A DNA stretch of 64,000 bases from an uncultured Chloroflexia bacterium (GCA_963810095.1 CAWEMM010000006.1:1312001-1376000), one strand, 5' to 3'. Numbered from the stretch's first letter, positions 54,956-64,000 are shown. A program made the numbers and translations. The notes: generated from the sequence alone by a model not told the origin.

Positions 54956-57205
54956 GTGACGGCAAACACTCTGCGCGGGACGATCGAGCGCATCACCTAT
55001 CACAACGAGGAGAACGGCTACTCCGTCGTGCAGCTGTTGCCCGACGGCCAGTCGACGCTCGTCACGATCGTCGGCAACATGCTGGGCATCAACGTGGGCG
55101 AGTCCGTCGCACTGACGGGCGCGTGGGTGGCGCACAGCCAGTACGGCAGGCAGTTCAAGGCGGAATCGGTGCAGACCGTCCTGCCCGCCACCGTTGCCGG
55201 CATCGAGCGCTATCTCGGCAGCGGGATGATCAAGGGCGTCGGACCAGTTACCGCAAAACGCATCGTGCGCAAGTTCGGGGCTGAAACCCTCACCGTCATC
55301 GAGCAGGAGCCGGAACGGCTGCTCGAGGTGCTGGGCGTCGGCCGCAAGCGCGTCGACATGATCGCCAAGGCCTGGGTCGAACAGCAGAAGATCAAGGAAG
55401 TGATGTTGTTCCTGCAGAGCCACAACGTTTCGACCGGGCTGGCCGTCCGCATCTTCAAGCGCTACGGCGACGATGCCGTCGACGTGGTACGCAGCGACCC
55501 CTACCGGCTGGCGCGAGAGGTTTACGGCATTGGCTTCCTCACGGCCGACAAGATCGCACGCGAATTGGGCATCGCAGCCGATGCGCCCGAGCGCGTCGCC
55601 GCCGGCGTTTCCTACGCGCTGAGCCAGGCGGCCGACGAAGGGAACTCCTATCTCCCCGAGAAGGAGCTGACGAAGCGCTCGGCCGAACTGCTCGGCGTCG
55701 CAGAAGCGCAGGCGGCCGAAGGCATACGCACGCTGCTGGCCGACGAGCAGGTGTGGGTTGAAGGCGAGACACCCGCCTGGGCCGGCGAGCATGCGGTCCG
55801 GGCCCCTATCGCAGCACTGGCCGAAGAGCGGCCCGTCTACTTGCTGCCGTTCTACTACGGCGAGGTGGGCGTGACGGGACGGCTGCGGCGGCTGGCTGAG
55901 ACGCCCGAAGACCGGTTGGCGGCCTTTGCCAGCTTCAACTGGTCGGCCGCGTTTGCCCTGCTCGCGGCCGACACATCCAACCACCAAACGCTCACGCCCC
56001 GGCAAATGCAAGTAGTCCAGGCCGCCCTGACCAAACGGGTGGTGGTGCTCACGGGTGGCCCGGGTACGGGCAAGACGTTCAGCGTGCGCAGCATCATCCG
56101 GCTGGCCGAGTCGGCGGGCGCGCGGGTTGCGCTGGCCTCGCCAACCGGTCGCGCCGCCAAACGCCTGGCCGAAACCACGGGCCGGCCGGCCAAGACCATC
56201 CATCGCCTGCTGGAGTTCAAGCCCGGTGAAGGGACCACCTTCCAGCGTAATGAGGACAACCCGCTCGAGGCCGACCTGGTCATCGTCGACGAGGCCTCGA
56301 TGCTCGATCTGCTGCTGACGAACCACCTCTTGAAGGCGCTCGCACCGGGTTCGCACCTGCTGTTCGTCGGCGACATCGATCAACTGCCAAGCGTGGGCGC
56401 CGGCAACGTGCTGCGCGACATCATCGCCGCCATCGAGGACTCCGAAGGTTTGCCCAACGCCGAGGTCATCCGCCTCGACACCATCTTCCGCCAGGCGGAA
56501 GGCAGCTTCATCATCACCAACGCGCACCGGATTAACCAGGGCGAGATGCCCGTGCTTGATAACCAGAACAGCCGGGACTTCTTCATTTTCAAGGAAGAAG
56601 ACCCGGACAGGGCCGCCGGGCTGGTGGTCGAGCTGGTGCAGGAGCGGATCCCGCGCAAGTTTGGCCTGGCGCCCGACCAGATCCAGGTGCTCAGCCCGAT
56701 GCACCGCGGGGCCGTCGGCGTGGGCAACCTAAACCTGCTCCTGCAGGCCGCACTCAACCCGCCGAAAGCGGCCGCGCCCGAACGGCAGGTCGCCGGCCGG
56801 GCGTACCGGTTGGGTGACCGGGTGATGCAGATTCGAAACAACTACGACAAGGAAGTCTTCAACGGCGACATGGGGCAGATCGCCGCAATCGATCTGGAGG
56901 AACAAGTCGTGACGGTCCGCATGGACGAGCGCTCGGTTCGCTACGACTTCCTCGAGCTGGACGAGCTGGTCCATGCGTATGCGGTGAGCGTGCACAAGGC
57001 GCAGGGCAGCGAATTCCCGGCGGTCGTCGTCCCCCTGCTGCCCACACATTACATGATGCTCCAGCGCAACCTGCTATATACGGCCGTGACCCGGGCGCAG
57101 AAACTCGTCGTGCTGGTCGGCACACCGCGCGCCGTCGCCATTGCAGTGCGCAACGACCGTGCCCATCAGCGCTATTCCGGCCTGGCCGAGAGACTTGGGG
57201 GATGA
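54956..57205 (+). CDS. recD2: ATP-dependent RecD2-like DNA helicase
   Basis: GMIKGVGP HhH, TGGPGTGKT, PTGRAAKR, VDEASM, QLPSVGAG, VHKAQGSE, YTAVTRA. Confidence 0.95.
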   Translation: MTANTLRGTIERITYHNEENGYSVVQLLPDGQSTLVTIVGNMLGINVGESVALTGAWVAHSQYGRQFKAESVQTVLPATVAGIERYLGSGMIKGVGPVTAKRIVRKFGAETLTVIEQEPERLLEVLGVGRKRVDMIAKAWVEQQKIKEVMLFLQSHNVSTGLAVRIFKRYGDDAVDVVRSDPYRLAREVYGIGFLTADKIARELGIAADAPERVAAGVSYALSQAADEGNSYLPEKELTKRSAELLGVAEAQAAEGIRTLLADEQVWVEGETPAWAGEHAVRAPIAALAEERPVYLLPFYYGEVGVTGRLRRLAETPEDRLAAFASFNWSAAFALLAADTSNHQTLTPRQMQVVQAALTKRVVVLTGGPGTGKTFSVRSIIRLAESAGARVALASPTGRAAKRLAETTGRPAKTIHRLLEFKPGEGTTFQRNEDNPLEADLVIVDEASMLDLLLTNHLLKALAPGSHLLFVGDIDQLPSVGAGNVLRDIIAAIEDSEGLPNAEVIRLDTIFRQAEGSFIITNAHRINQGEMPVLDNQNSRDFFIFKEEDPDRAAGLVVELVQERIPRKFGLAPDQIQVLSPMHRGAVGVGNLNLLLQAALNPPKAAAPERQVAGRAYRLGDRVMQIRNNYDKEVFNGDMGQIAAIDLEEQVVTVRMDERSVRYDFLELDELVHAYAVSVHKAQGSEFPAVVVPLLPTHYMMLQRNLLYTAVTRAQKLVVLVGTPRAVAIAVRNDRAHQRYSGLAERLGG

Positions 57206-57314
57206 CTGCAACGGTTAACCACCAAGACACGAAGACGTTAAGGTTCACGAAGGATGCTTGTCACCTTCGAGTTTCTTCGTGACTTGGTGTCTTTGTGGTG
57301 AAAGGATGGATCCG

Positions 57315-57920
57315 ATGACGATCATTACCCTTTCCAGGGAGTTGGGCAGCCGGGGCGACGACGTGGCAAAGGCCGTGGCCGAACGGCTGGGGCTGCGGCT
57401 GGTCGGCCGCGAGATGATCAACCGGGCCGCTCAGGACGCCGGCGCGGGCGAGGTCGCCCTGGCCGAGTTGGACGAGTTGGGGCTGCTCGGGGTCAAGCCG
57501 TCGGCGGCCAGCCAGAAGCGCTATCGCGCGAAGATCGTGGAAATCATCGAAGCGCAGGCCGCCCAGGGCGACGTGCTGCTCGTCGGCCGGGGCAGCCAGG
57601 TGGTGCTTGGCCAACGGCAGGACGTGCTCCACGTCCGCATCACCGCTCCACTTGCGCTCCGCTGTGCGACGGTGCAGGAGCGGTGCAAGGTGTCTGCGGA
57701 AGTGGCGGCGGCCCGAGTGGCAGCCTCAGACGCAGCGCGCGCCGCATACCACAAGCGCCATTTCGGCGTGCGCTGGGACGACGGGTCGCTCTACGACCTG
57801 GTGCTGAACCTCGCGCGCCTGACCGTGCCGGCCGCGGTGGAGACAATCTGCGCCGCGGCGACCACACAACTCCGGGACACATCAGCGCCAGCCGCCGAAG
57901 GATGTGAGTGCCAGCAATGA
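57315..57920 (+). CDS. Cytidylate kinase-like family protein
   Basis: ITLSRELGSRG, LVGRG, HVRITAP, YDLVLN. Confidence 0.85.
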   Translation: MTIITLSRELGSRGDDVAKAVAERLGLRLVGREMINRAAQDAGAGEVALAELDELGLLGVKPSAASQKRYRAKIVEIIEAQAAQGDVLLVGRGSQVVLGQRQDVLHVRITAPLALRCATVQERCKVSAEVAAARVAASDAARAAYHKRHFGVRWDDGSLYDLVLNLARLTVPAAVETICAAATTQLRDTSAPAAEGCECQQ

Positions 57921-58276
57921 CGGCCGAAGTTCCTCCTCCCTTCTCCCATCCCGTCGAGGCGGAGTTCGCCCGCATTCTCGACTTCTACGGGATCCCGTGG
58001 GACTACGAGCCGCGCACCTTCGTGCTCGAACGCGACGGGCTGGGCCGCGTCACCGAGGCCTTCTCGCCCGATTTCTACCTGCCCGACCAGGACTTGTATG
58101 TAGAGTTGACGACGATGCAGCCGAACCAGATCCGGCACAAGAACAAGAAGCTCAGGTTGCTCCGCCAGTTGTATCCGGACATCAATATCCGCTTGTTCAA
58201 GCGCGGCGACATCCGCAACCTCCTGCTCAAGTTCGGCGTGGAAGACGTGCCGGACATGATGGCGAACGAGCTATGA
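57917..58276 (+). CDS. Conserved hypothetical protein, PD-(D/E)xK-like fold
   Basis: E..FARILDF, W.YEP..F, FSPDFYLP...YVELTT. Confidence 0.7.
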   Translation: MTAEVPPPFSHPVEAEFARILDFYGIPWDYEPRTFVLERDGLGRVTEAFSPDFYLPDQDLYVELTTMQPNQIRHKNKKLRLLRQLYPDINIRLFKRGDIRNLLLKFGVEDVPDMMANEL

Positions 58277-58304
58277 CTGCAACTATCAGAGGCTAAAACG
58301 CGCT

Positions 58305-58896
58305 ATGAACGCAACCCCCAACGACTTCACTGCTGGATTGGGCCGCGTGCTCTTCAGCGAGACCGCTCTTCAACGCCGCGTCGCCGAGCTCGGTGCACAG
58401 ATCAGCCGCGACTACGCCGGCCTGAACCCCGTCGTCGTCGGCGTCTTGAAGGGCGTCATGTTCTTTATGAGTGACCTGCTGCGCACGCTCACGCTCCCCG
58501 TCCAGGTCGACTTCATGGCCATCTCCCGCTACCAGGCGGGTGCCGGCGCCAAGGGTCCGGTGCGCCTGACGAAAGACCTGGACGAGCCCGTCGAGGACCG
58601 CCACGTGCTCTTCGTCGAAGACGTGATCGACACCGGGCTCACCCTGAGCTACCTGCTCCGCAATCTGCGCGCCCGCGGGCCCGGCCAGCCTCGAAGTCTG
58701 CACCCTGTTCGACAAGCCCCAGCACCGTCTCGCCGACGTGAAGATCCGCTACAAGGGGTTCGACCTGCCCGATCGCTTCGTCGTCGGCTACGGGCTGGAC
58801 TACCGCGAAGCCTACCGGCACCTGCCCTACGTCGCCGAGCTGACGCCCGAAGCATTGGGCTTCTCGAACGGCCAGCCGAGCCCGCGGCACTCGTAA
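58305..58896 (+). CDS. hpt: Hypoxanthine phosphoribosyltransferase (frame break ~58680)
   Basis: [16 protein letters not shown]; alternate frame gives LFDKP...[15 protein letters not shown]. Confidence 0.92.
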
Positions 58897-58993
58897 AGCG
58901 CAGCCCGGCTTCGGCCCAGGAAAGGATCAGAAAGCCCGCTTCACGTTTCCAGGTGCAGGCACAGGAAAATTAGCAACTTATGACTGATGACGG

Positions 58994-59267
58994 TTTGGCG
59001 GGGGCGCTCTCGCCCCCGCCGCCCCCGACCAGGGGCTACGCCCTTGGAACCCCAAGGGCAACGCTGCGGGTACATGGGCGGCTAGATAAGTCACTGTACC
59101 GGGGATGAGGCAGGGGTGGCAGAAACCATGCGTGGACTCAACCGCCCTGGTGCGAGAAACGATCACTACCGCGCCCGGCACTGCGAGGCGCCCAACCGTC
59201 AAGAGGCAGCCTGCCCGCCGGGAGCGTTGCCATTGGGGGGTTCGGGGGCCGGCTGGCCCCCGCCAAA
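58994..59267. repeat. ~275 bp intergenic element bounded by long imperfect inverted arms (MITE-like or structured RNA)
   Basis: TTTGGCGGGGG / CCCCCGCCAAA termini; GAACCCCAAGGGCAACGCT / AGCGTTGCCATTGGGGGGTTC inner arms. Confidence 0.6.
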
Positions 59268-59446
59268 AATGTCTGACCTACATTGCAGCCCGAGCCGGCA
59301 ATTCCTTGTGTTTGTGCTTAAGCTAATCCAGAGCGCCCCCGCAAAGTCGTGATTGACCCCGGCAACCAATAATGCTGTTGCTTTTTTGCGCAGTGTCGGT
59401 TATGATGTTGCCCATGTCCAGCATTTCCAGCAGTTAGGCAGGCGCC

Positions 59447-61393
59447 ATGAGACGTTGGCCCATCTTTGCCGTCGCCGTAGTCCTGTTCTTCACCGTCTTC
59501 CCGGTGGCGGCGCTGGCGCCGAGCGGCGCCATGCCAGGCGAGAAGCTGCCCCCGCGGGCCGCACAGCCCGCGCCTCCCGGCGAAGTCGATCGCACAGGCT
59601 ATATCAAGGGCTTCTACGTCTCGGCCGCGGCCATGGGCAACGCCGACTTCATGGCGCGCGTGAAAGACCTGCTGGAGAACACCGAACTCAACGCGGTCGT
59701 CCTGGACTACAAGAGCGACCGCGGCTATATGGCTTTCCCGACACAGGTCCCACTCGCTGTCGAAATCGGTGCGGACGCCGACCCGCAGGTGAAAGACCCC
59801 GCCGAGTTTATGCGTTGGTTCAAAGAACACAACGTCTACACTATTGCCCGCATCCCCACCTTCAAAGATAACATGCTGACCAAGGCCTACCCGGGCTGGG
59901 CAATCGTCGACACGAACACCGGCGGCGTGTGGCGCGACAAGGAAAAGATGGGCTGGGTGGATGGCAACCGGACAGAGGCGTGGGATTACAATGTTGCCCT
60001 GGCTCAGGAAGCGGCCGCGTACGGTTTCGACGAGATCCAATTTGACTACGTCCGCTTCCCGACGGACGGCAACGTCCACAGCGCCCTTTACTCGAAAGAC
60101 AACACGTACGAGAACCGGGTGGCCGCCATCAGCGGACTCCTGAGCCGCGCCAGCCAGGCACTGCGTCCGCTCGGCGTGAAGGTGAGCGCCGACATTTTCG
60201 GCTACACCTCCTGGGTGCCCGACGACCTGGGAATCGGCCAGCACATCGAGGCGCTTGCGCCCTACGTCGACGTCCTCTCGCCCATGGTTTACCCCTCGAC
60301 CTTCGCCGCGGGCATGCCCGGCGAGAACCCCAAATACCACAACGCCGTCGCCTACCCTTACGAAATCGTCAACAAAAGCACCGAACGCTCGGTGCGGCGG
60401 GCGAAGGAGATCAACCCTCGCATCGAGATCCGCCCTTGGCTCCAGGATTTCCAGGACTACGCGTTCGACTACAGGACGTACACGCCGTACGAAATCCGGC
60501 GCCAGATGGACGGGGCACGTGATGCCGGCGCCCGCGGTTGGCTGCTGTGGGATCCGGCGGTGCGGTACACGAAGGAAGCGTTGGCGGCCGCGCAGCCGGC
60601 CTTCGTGCCCAATGGGGCCGGCCAGGTGCCCGTCCTGGCCTACGGCGACGTTGCTCCCGACGTGCTGCAGGACGACCTCACGTGGCTCTTGGCGCAGGGT
60701 TTCTACCCGACGACGGTCAAAGACCTCGCTGCAGGAAAGCTGGGCGGCGTGCCGGCAGGCAAGAAAGCCGTCGTGCTGACGTTCGACGGCTCGCTGCCCA
60801 ACCAGTTCAAGCTGTTGGAGGGGGGCCAGGTCGATCCGGCGAGCGCGGTGGGCGTGCTGCTCAACTTCGGAGCCCGCCATCCGGCCGACTTCCCCGCCCG
60901 CGCCACCTTCTACGTCGACGCGGTGGGCGGCGAGAACTCCCTCTTCGGCACCTCTGATCTCGCCAGCATCAAGCTGCAGACCTTGCAATCGTGGGGCTTC
61001 GACATTGGCTTGGTGCAGCCTGCCGTCTCTGCCACCGAAGGAACAACTACCGAAGGAGCTACTGCCGAGGCGCTCGGGCAGGCGGCGATGGCCGCATTGG
61101 ACGCGGCGAAACAGCGGCTGGCCGGCCAGCTGCCCGACTTTGTTCCCGCCACCGTGGCGCTTCCGAGCGGCGCATCACTGGCGCCGGTCAGCCAGAGCGA
61201 AGGGGACACCGCCGCTGCGCCCGCCATCCCCTATGCCGGTGCGGTCCTGCCAGCCGGCGGACTCGCCACTTCGCCCTACGACCCCGGGGCGAACCCCTAT
61301 CAGATCCCGCGCCTTCCGGCCGGCGAGGCCGGCGGATCGAGCTGGCGTGACGCCATCGGGGCAGCTGAGATTTACGTTTCCGGGGGCGAATGA
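59447..61393 (+). CDS. Secreted putative glycoside hydrolase (DUF4015-like) with degenerate polysaccharide-deacetylase-like C-domain
   Basis: Signal peptide, NAVVLDYKSD, FKD, GFDEIQFDYVRFP, SPMVYPS, RPWLQDF; then VLTFDG, ATFYV. Confidence 0.8.
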   Translation: MRRWPIFAVAVVLFFTVFPVAALAPSGAMPGEKLPPRAAQPAPPGEVDRTGYIKGFYVSAAAMGNADFMARVKDLLENTELNAVVLDYKSDRGYMAFPTQVPLAVEIGADADPQVKDPAEFMRWFKEHNVYTIARIPTFKDNMLTKAYPGWAIVDTNTGGVWRDKEKMGWVDGNRTEAWDYNVALAQEAAAYGFDEIQFDYVRFPTDGNVHSALYSKDNTYENRVAAISGLLSRASQALRPLGVKVSADIFGYTSWVPDDLGIGQHIEALAPYVDVLSPMVYPSTFAAGMPGENPKYHNAVAYPYEIVNKSTERSVRRAKEINPRIEIRPWLQDFQDYAFDYRTYTPYEIRRQMDGARDAGARGWLLWDPAVRYTKEALAAAQPAFVPNGAGQVPVLAYGDVAPDVLQDDLTWLLAQGFYPTTVKDLAAGKLGGVPAGKKAVVLTFDGSLPNQFKLLEGGQVDPASAVGVLLNFGARHPADFPARATFYVDAVGGENSLFGTSDLASIKLQTLQSWGFDIGLVQPAVSATEGTTTEGATAEALGQAAMAALDAAKQRLAGQLPDFVPATVALPSGASLAPVSQSEGDTAAAPAIPYAGAVLPAGGLATSPYDPGANPYQIPRLPAGEAGGSSWRDAIGAAEIYVSGGE

Positions 61394-61425
61394 ACCGGCG
61401 GGGCGAGGCAGAAGGCCCGAGCAAT

Positions 61426-61455
61426 AAAAAGGGAGCGTTGGAATCAACGCTCCCT
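61426..61455 (-). terminator. Intrinsic terminator for the minus-strand ncRNA
   Basis: AGGGAGCGTTG-ATTC-CAACGCTCCCT followed by TTTTATT on minus strand. Confidence 0.85.
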
Positions 61456-61467
61456 GCCGGTTAAACA

Positions 61468-61651
61468 GAGGTGCCCCAAGCAACCGTCTGGCTTTTGAAT
61501 TCCGGGCTCGCTCTTCACTCGCTTAGTCACTTACCAGATTTTCAAGCTTCTGCACTTTTCAGCACGTCTGCTCAACCGGTTTGTCCGAGCTTCCAGTTTC
61601 CTGGTGTATCTTCGAGCCTGGAACCGCCGTCTGATTTCTCGGGGCTCCCTC
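61468..61651 (-). ncRNA. Structured non-coding RNA, 6S RNA-like candidate
   Basis: ~185 nt with paired ends (GAGG.GCCCCGAG / CTTGGGGC.CCTC; TTCCAGGCTCG / CGAGCCCGGAA), purine-rich bubble; own promoter and terminator; no credible ORF. Confidence 0.6.
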
Positions 61652-61707
61652 ACCAGTAGATCAACAACGCCCTTATGATTGTTTGTTGTTTTTCTATTGG
61701 CGCATTG

Positions 61708-61736
61708 AGTGTAGCTGAAATCCACGCTATTGTCAA
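61708..61736 (-). promoter_or_regulatory. Near-consensus sigma70 promoter for the ncRNA
   Basis: TTGACA-17 nt-TACACT. Confidence 0.8.
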
Positions 61737-61739
61737 TAC

Positions 61740-62085
61740 TTTTTATGACAACTTATGAGCCGCACGCGAAATATTAAGCTAAACTTATAAATACCCCGCC
61801 GGCTGTCATCGCCACCGTAAGGGTTGTAACGTATTGAGCTAATGAGTATCTTATTAAAAACAGTAGTAGTAGGGACTGTGGATATGTGGGCAAGACGCGC
61901 TGCAGCAGCGGCGTGCGCGGGATTCCGCGCACCGGTCAGGCGCTCCCACTACATGTGGCCTGCGGCAAATGGCGTCTGGTGTGGGTGGGCCGTGCGCCCG
62001 AGGCCGGGTTTTGTGCCGCAAAGGACATAGGGGGATAACTGGCCTCTGTTTCTCCTGGTTGTCCCCAGTTAAGTGTGGAAAACCG
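61740..62085. other. Candidate chromosomal replication origin (oriC)
   Basis: AT-rich tract, CAG-TAG-TAG-TAG trios (61861-61872), GGAC, overlapping DnaA-like boxes TGTGGATAT and TGTGGGCAA (61877-61893); further boxes at 62030, 62059 and consensus TGTGGAAAA at 62074. Confidence 0.7.
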
Positions 62086-62227
62086 GGAGTGGCCGGGAGA
62101 TGCGGTTGCCATAACGGCCGCTTTTGGTCCTGCCCGGCACCAATGCTATACTGCAAGCGTCAATGAGACGCCGCCCGATTTTGGGCGGCGTTTTGCCCGT
62201 CAGGGGCCGGGAGGCACAGTTCGTTCG

Positions 62228-63043
62228 TTGGCTAGTATTCGCATCATGACCTACAACATTCACCGCTGGGCCGGACGGGACCAGCGGATGGCGCTTGATA
62301 GCCTCGCCGATGTCATCGCCGGCGCCGAGGCCGACGTTATCGGCCTCAACGAGGTGCTTCACCCGGTCACTACGTCGTTGCACACGTATGCCCCGCTCGC
62401 ACAACTCGCCGAGCGACTCGGCATGTGGTACGCCTTTGGGCCCAGTGGGTGGATTGACCAGGGGCCGAGTTGGCATGGCCCGGTGGGAAATGCCTTGCTG
62501 AGCCGCTATCCGCTGGTGGACGTCGCAAACACGCTGCTCCCGCGCCTGCCGGGCACCAAGCAGCGCTCCCTTTTGTGCGCCACGCTCGATGCAGAGCCCG
62601 TGCAGGGCCTCACCGCATTTGTAACGCACCTCGACCATGCCTTCGAAGGCACGCGGCTTGTCCAGATTCGCGGCGTGCTGCGGCGACTGATCCAGCGAGG
62701 ACACAACCACCCGCACTTCCTGATGGGCGACTTCAACACGCCCGGCTTTCTCGGCGCCCGATCGCGCCAGGTCATGCCCCCGGTCCTTCAAGCCATGCAC
62801 GCTGCCGGGTATAGCGATGCATTTCGAACGGTTGGCGAAGGCGCGGGGCGCACCTTCCCGGCCCATTCTCCGATGGTCAGGATCGATTTTCAGTTCGTTC
62901 CGCAGAAGTGGGCGCACGGCTTGCAGCGGGCCGAGGCGATCGGGGGCAGCGCGGCGCACCGCGCGTCCGATCATCGCCCGCTCCTTGTCGAGTGGCTGTG
63001 GCCCGAGCGGACCCGCCTGGGTGAGCTGTCTCCTGCAGGATAA
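62228..63043 (+). CDS. Endonuclease/exonuclease/phosphatase (EEP) family protein
   Basis: MTYNIH, GLNEV, GNALLSR, THLD, GDFN, RIDF, SDH; TTG start after GGAGG. Confidence 0.9.
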   Translation: MASIRIMTYNIHRWAGRDQRMALDSLADVIAGAEADVIGLNEVLHPVTTSLHTYAPLAQLAERLGMWYAFGPSGWIDQGPSWHGPVGNALLSRYPLVDVANTLLPRLPGTKQRSLLCATLDAEPVQGLTAFVTHLDHAFEGTRLVQIRGVLRRLIQRGHNHPHFLMGDFNTPGFLGARSRQVMPPVLQAMHAAGYSDAFRTVGEGAGRTFPAHSPMVRIDFQFVPQKWAHGLQRAEAIGGSAAHRASDHRPLLVEWLWPERTRLGELSPAG

Positions 63044-63082
63044 GCCCGCGCCGCAACCTTCGCCGTCGAGCAAGAGAAGCCA

Positions 63083-63889
63083 GTGAGAGTTCTGACCTAC
63101 AACGTTCATGGCTGGCTCACGCCAGCAGGCGGGCCGAACGTCGACCTGATCGCCGACGTGGTGGGCCGGGCTGACGCCGACCTTGTAGGGCTCAACGAGG
63201 TCTTCTATCCGGACGCCGGCGTCGTGCTGCCGGCGCTCGAACGCCTCGCCGGGGCGCTGGGCATGCATTTCGCGTTTGGCGCTACCCAGCCCACCGATCC
63301 CCAGAAACATCCGCCTTACGGCAATGCCTTGCTGAGCCGTTGGCCCATTGCAGCCTACGCAGCCCATCACCTTGCGCCCGTCGTCAGTTATGGCAAGCGG
63401 GGCCTTTTAGAATGCCGGGTTGTTCGCCCTGACGGTCGAACGCTGACCGTCTACGTCACACATCTCGACCATCGCTCCGAAAAAATCCGCCTCGAGCAGT
63501 GGTCTTCGGCCAACACCTGGTTGCTGCGTGACCGCAACCGGCCGCATCTGCTGCTTGGCGACTTCAACGCCTTGGCCGAGACCGACTATCCCGATCCGGG
63601 CGCCCGCGAACGGCTGGCGGCTTACCAGGTCGAGCGGGAGTGGCCGACGCCGGCATTCGATCTGGTGGCCCAGGTAACCCGGGCGGGCTACCTGGACGGC
63701 TTTGTTGCCGCAGGCCATCCAGCGGGCGCCGGCGCAACCTTCCCCGCCGCCGCGCCTGAGCGCAGGGTCGACTACATCTTTTTGCCAGAGCTATGGCGCG
63801 ACGCGCTGAAGGCCTGTGCCCCGTTCGACCTAGGCCCGGTGCGCGCGGCTTCGGATCACCGTCCCGTGATGGCCGAAATCGATGCCTGA
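63083..63889 (+). CDS. Endonuclease/exonuclease/phosphatase (EEP) family protein, paralog
   Basis: LTYNVH, GLNEV, GNALLSR, THLD, GDFN, RVDY, SDH. Confidence 0.9.
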   Translation: MRVLTYNVHGWLTPAGGPNVDLIADVVGRADADLVGLNEVFYPDAGVVLPALERLAGALGMHFAFGATQPTDPQKHPPYGNALLSRWPIAAYAAHHLAPVVSYGKRGLLECRVVRPDGRTLTVYVTHLDHRSEKIRLEQWSSANTWLLRDRNRPHLLLGDFNALAETDYPDPGARERLAAYQVEREWPTPAFDLVAQVTRAGYLDGFVAAGHPAGAGATFPAAAPERRVDYIFLPELWRDALKACAPFDLGPVRAASDHRPVMAEIDA

Positions 63890-63908
63890 GTCTCTGCCGG
63901 AAACGCCC

Positions 63909-64000
63909 ATGCCTGCAGACCAACCGCCGGACTCGGCGCAGCGAGACCCCGATTGGTGGGAGGCTCGCTACCTGAGCGGGGACCTGCCCTGGGACACGGG
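63909..64000 (+). CDS. SAM-dependent methyltransferase, TPMT/TehB-like (N-terminus only)
   Basis: MPADQ...WWEARYLSGDLPWDTG matches the W..RY.....PWD start of this family. Confidence 0.6.
   Translation, partial: MPADQPPDSAQRDPDWWEARYLSGDLPWDT

Noticed and set aside
61468-61651. tmRNA, RNase P RNA or SRP RNA
   Set aside because: No tRNA-like CCA end or tag ORF, no GAGGAAAGTCC, and no CAGG..GGAA..GCAGC helix seen.

Overview
GC-rich bacterial chromosomal DNA, probably Chloroflexota (Anaerolineae/Caldilineae-like). That assignment is an inference from Pro/Thr-rich linkers, DarA/tmk/ftsH style genes and the intergenic repeat families. About 54 genes are recognisable. Around 19 carry single-base frame breaks, including ftsH and hpt, which look like long-read indel errors rather than pseudogenes. 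Housekeeping genes: priA, gmk, tmk, ftsH, recD2, hpt. There is a strong cobalamin theme: two CarH/LitR-type B12 regulators next to a CRP-family gene and cooC; an uncharacterised B12-binding mutase-like enzyme paired with an opine dehydrogenase; CbiX; and a cobalamin-riboswitch operon that joins an ECF transporter to secreted alpha-barrel and DUF4430-like proteins, one with a PEP-CTERM tail. Also present: a selenocysteine-containing selD with a SECIS-like hairpin, a DtxR-regulated Tro/Mnt metal ABC operon, and a TPR / lipoprotein / exported TPR-CHAT / S8 protease cluster. The gene-free region at 61.4-62.2 kb holds an unannotated structured ncRNA (6S-like) with its own promoter and terminator, and a candidate oriC (DnaA-trios plus tandem DnaA boxes) with no dnaA gene in the window.
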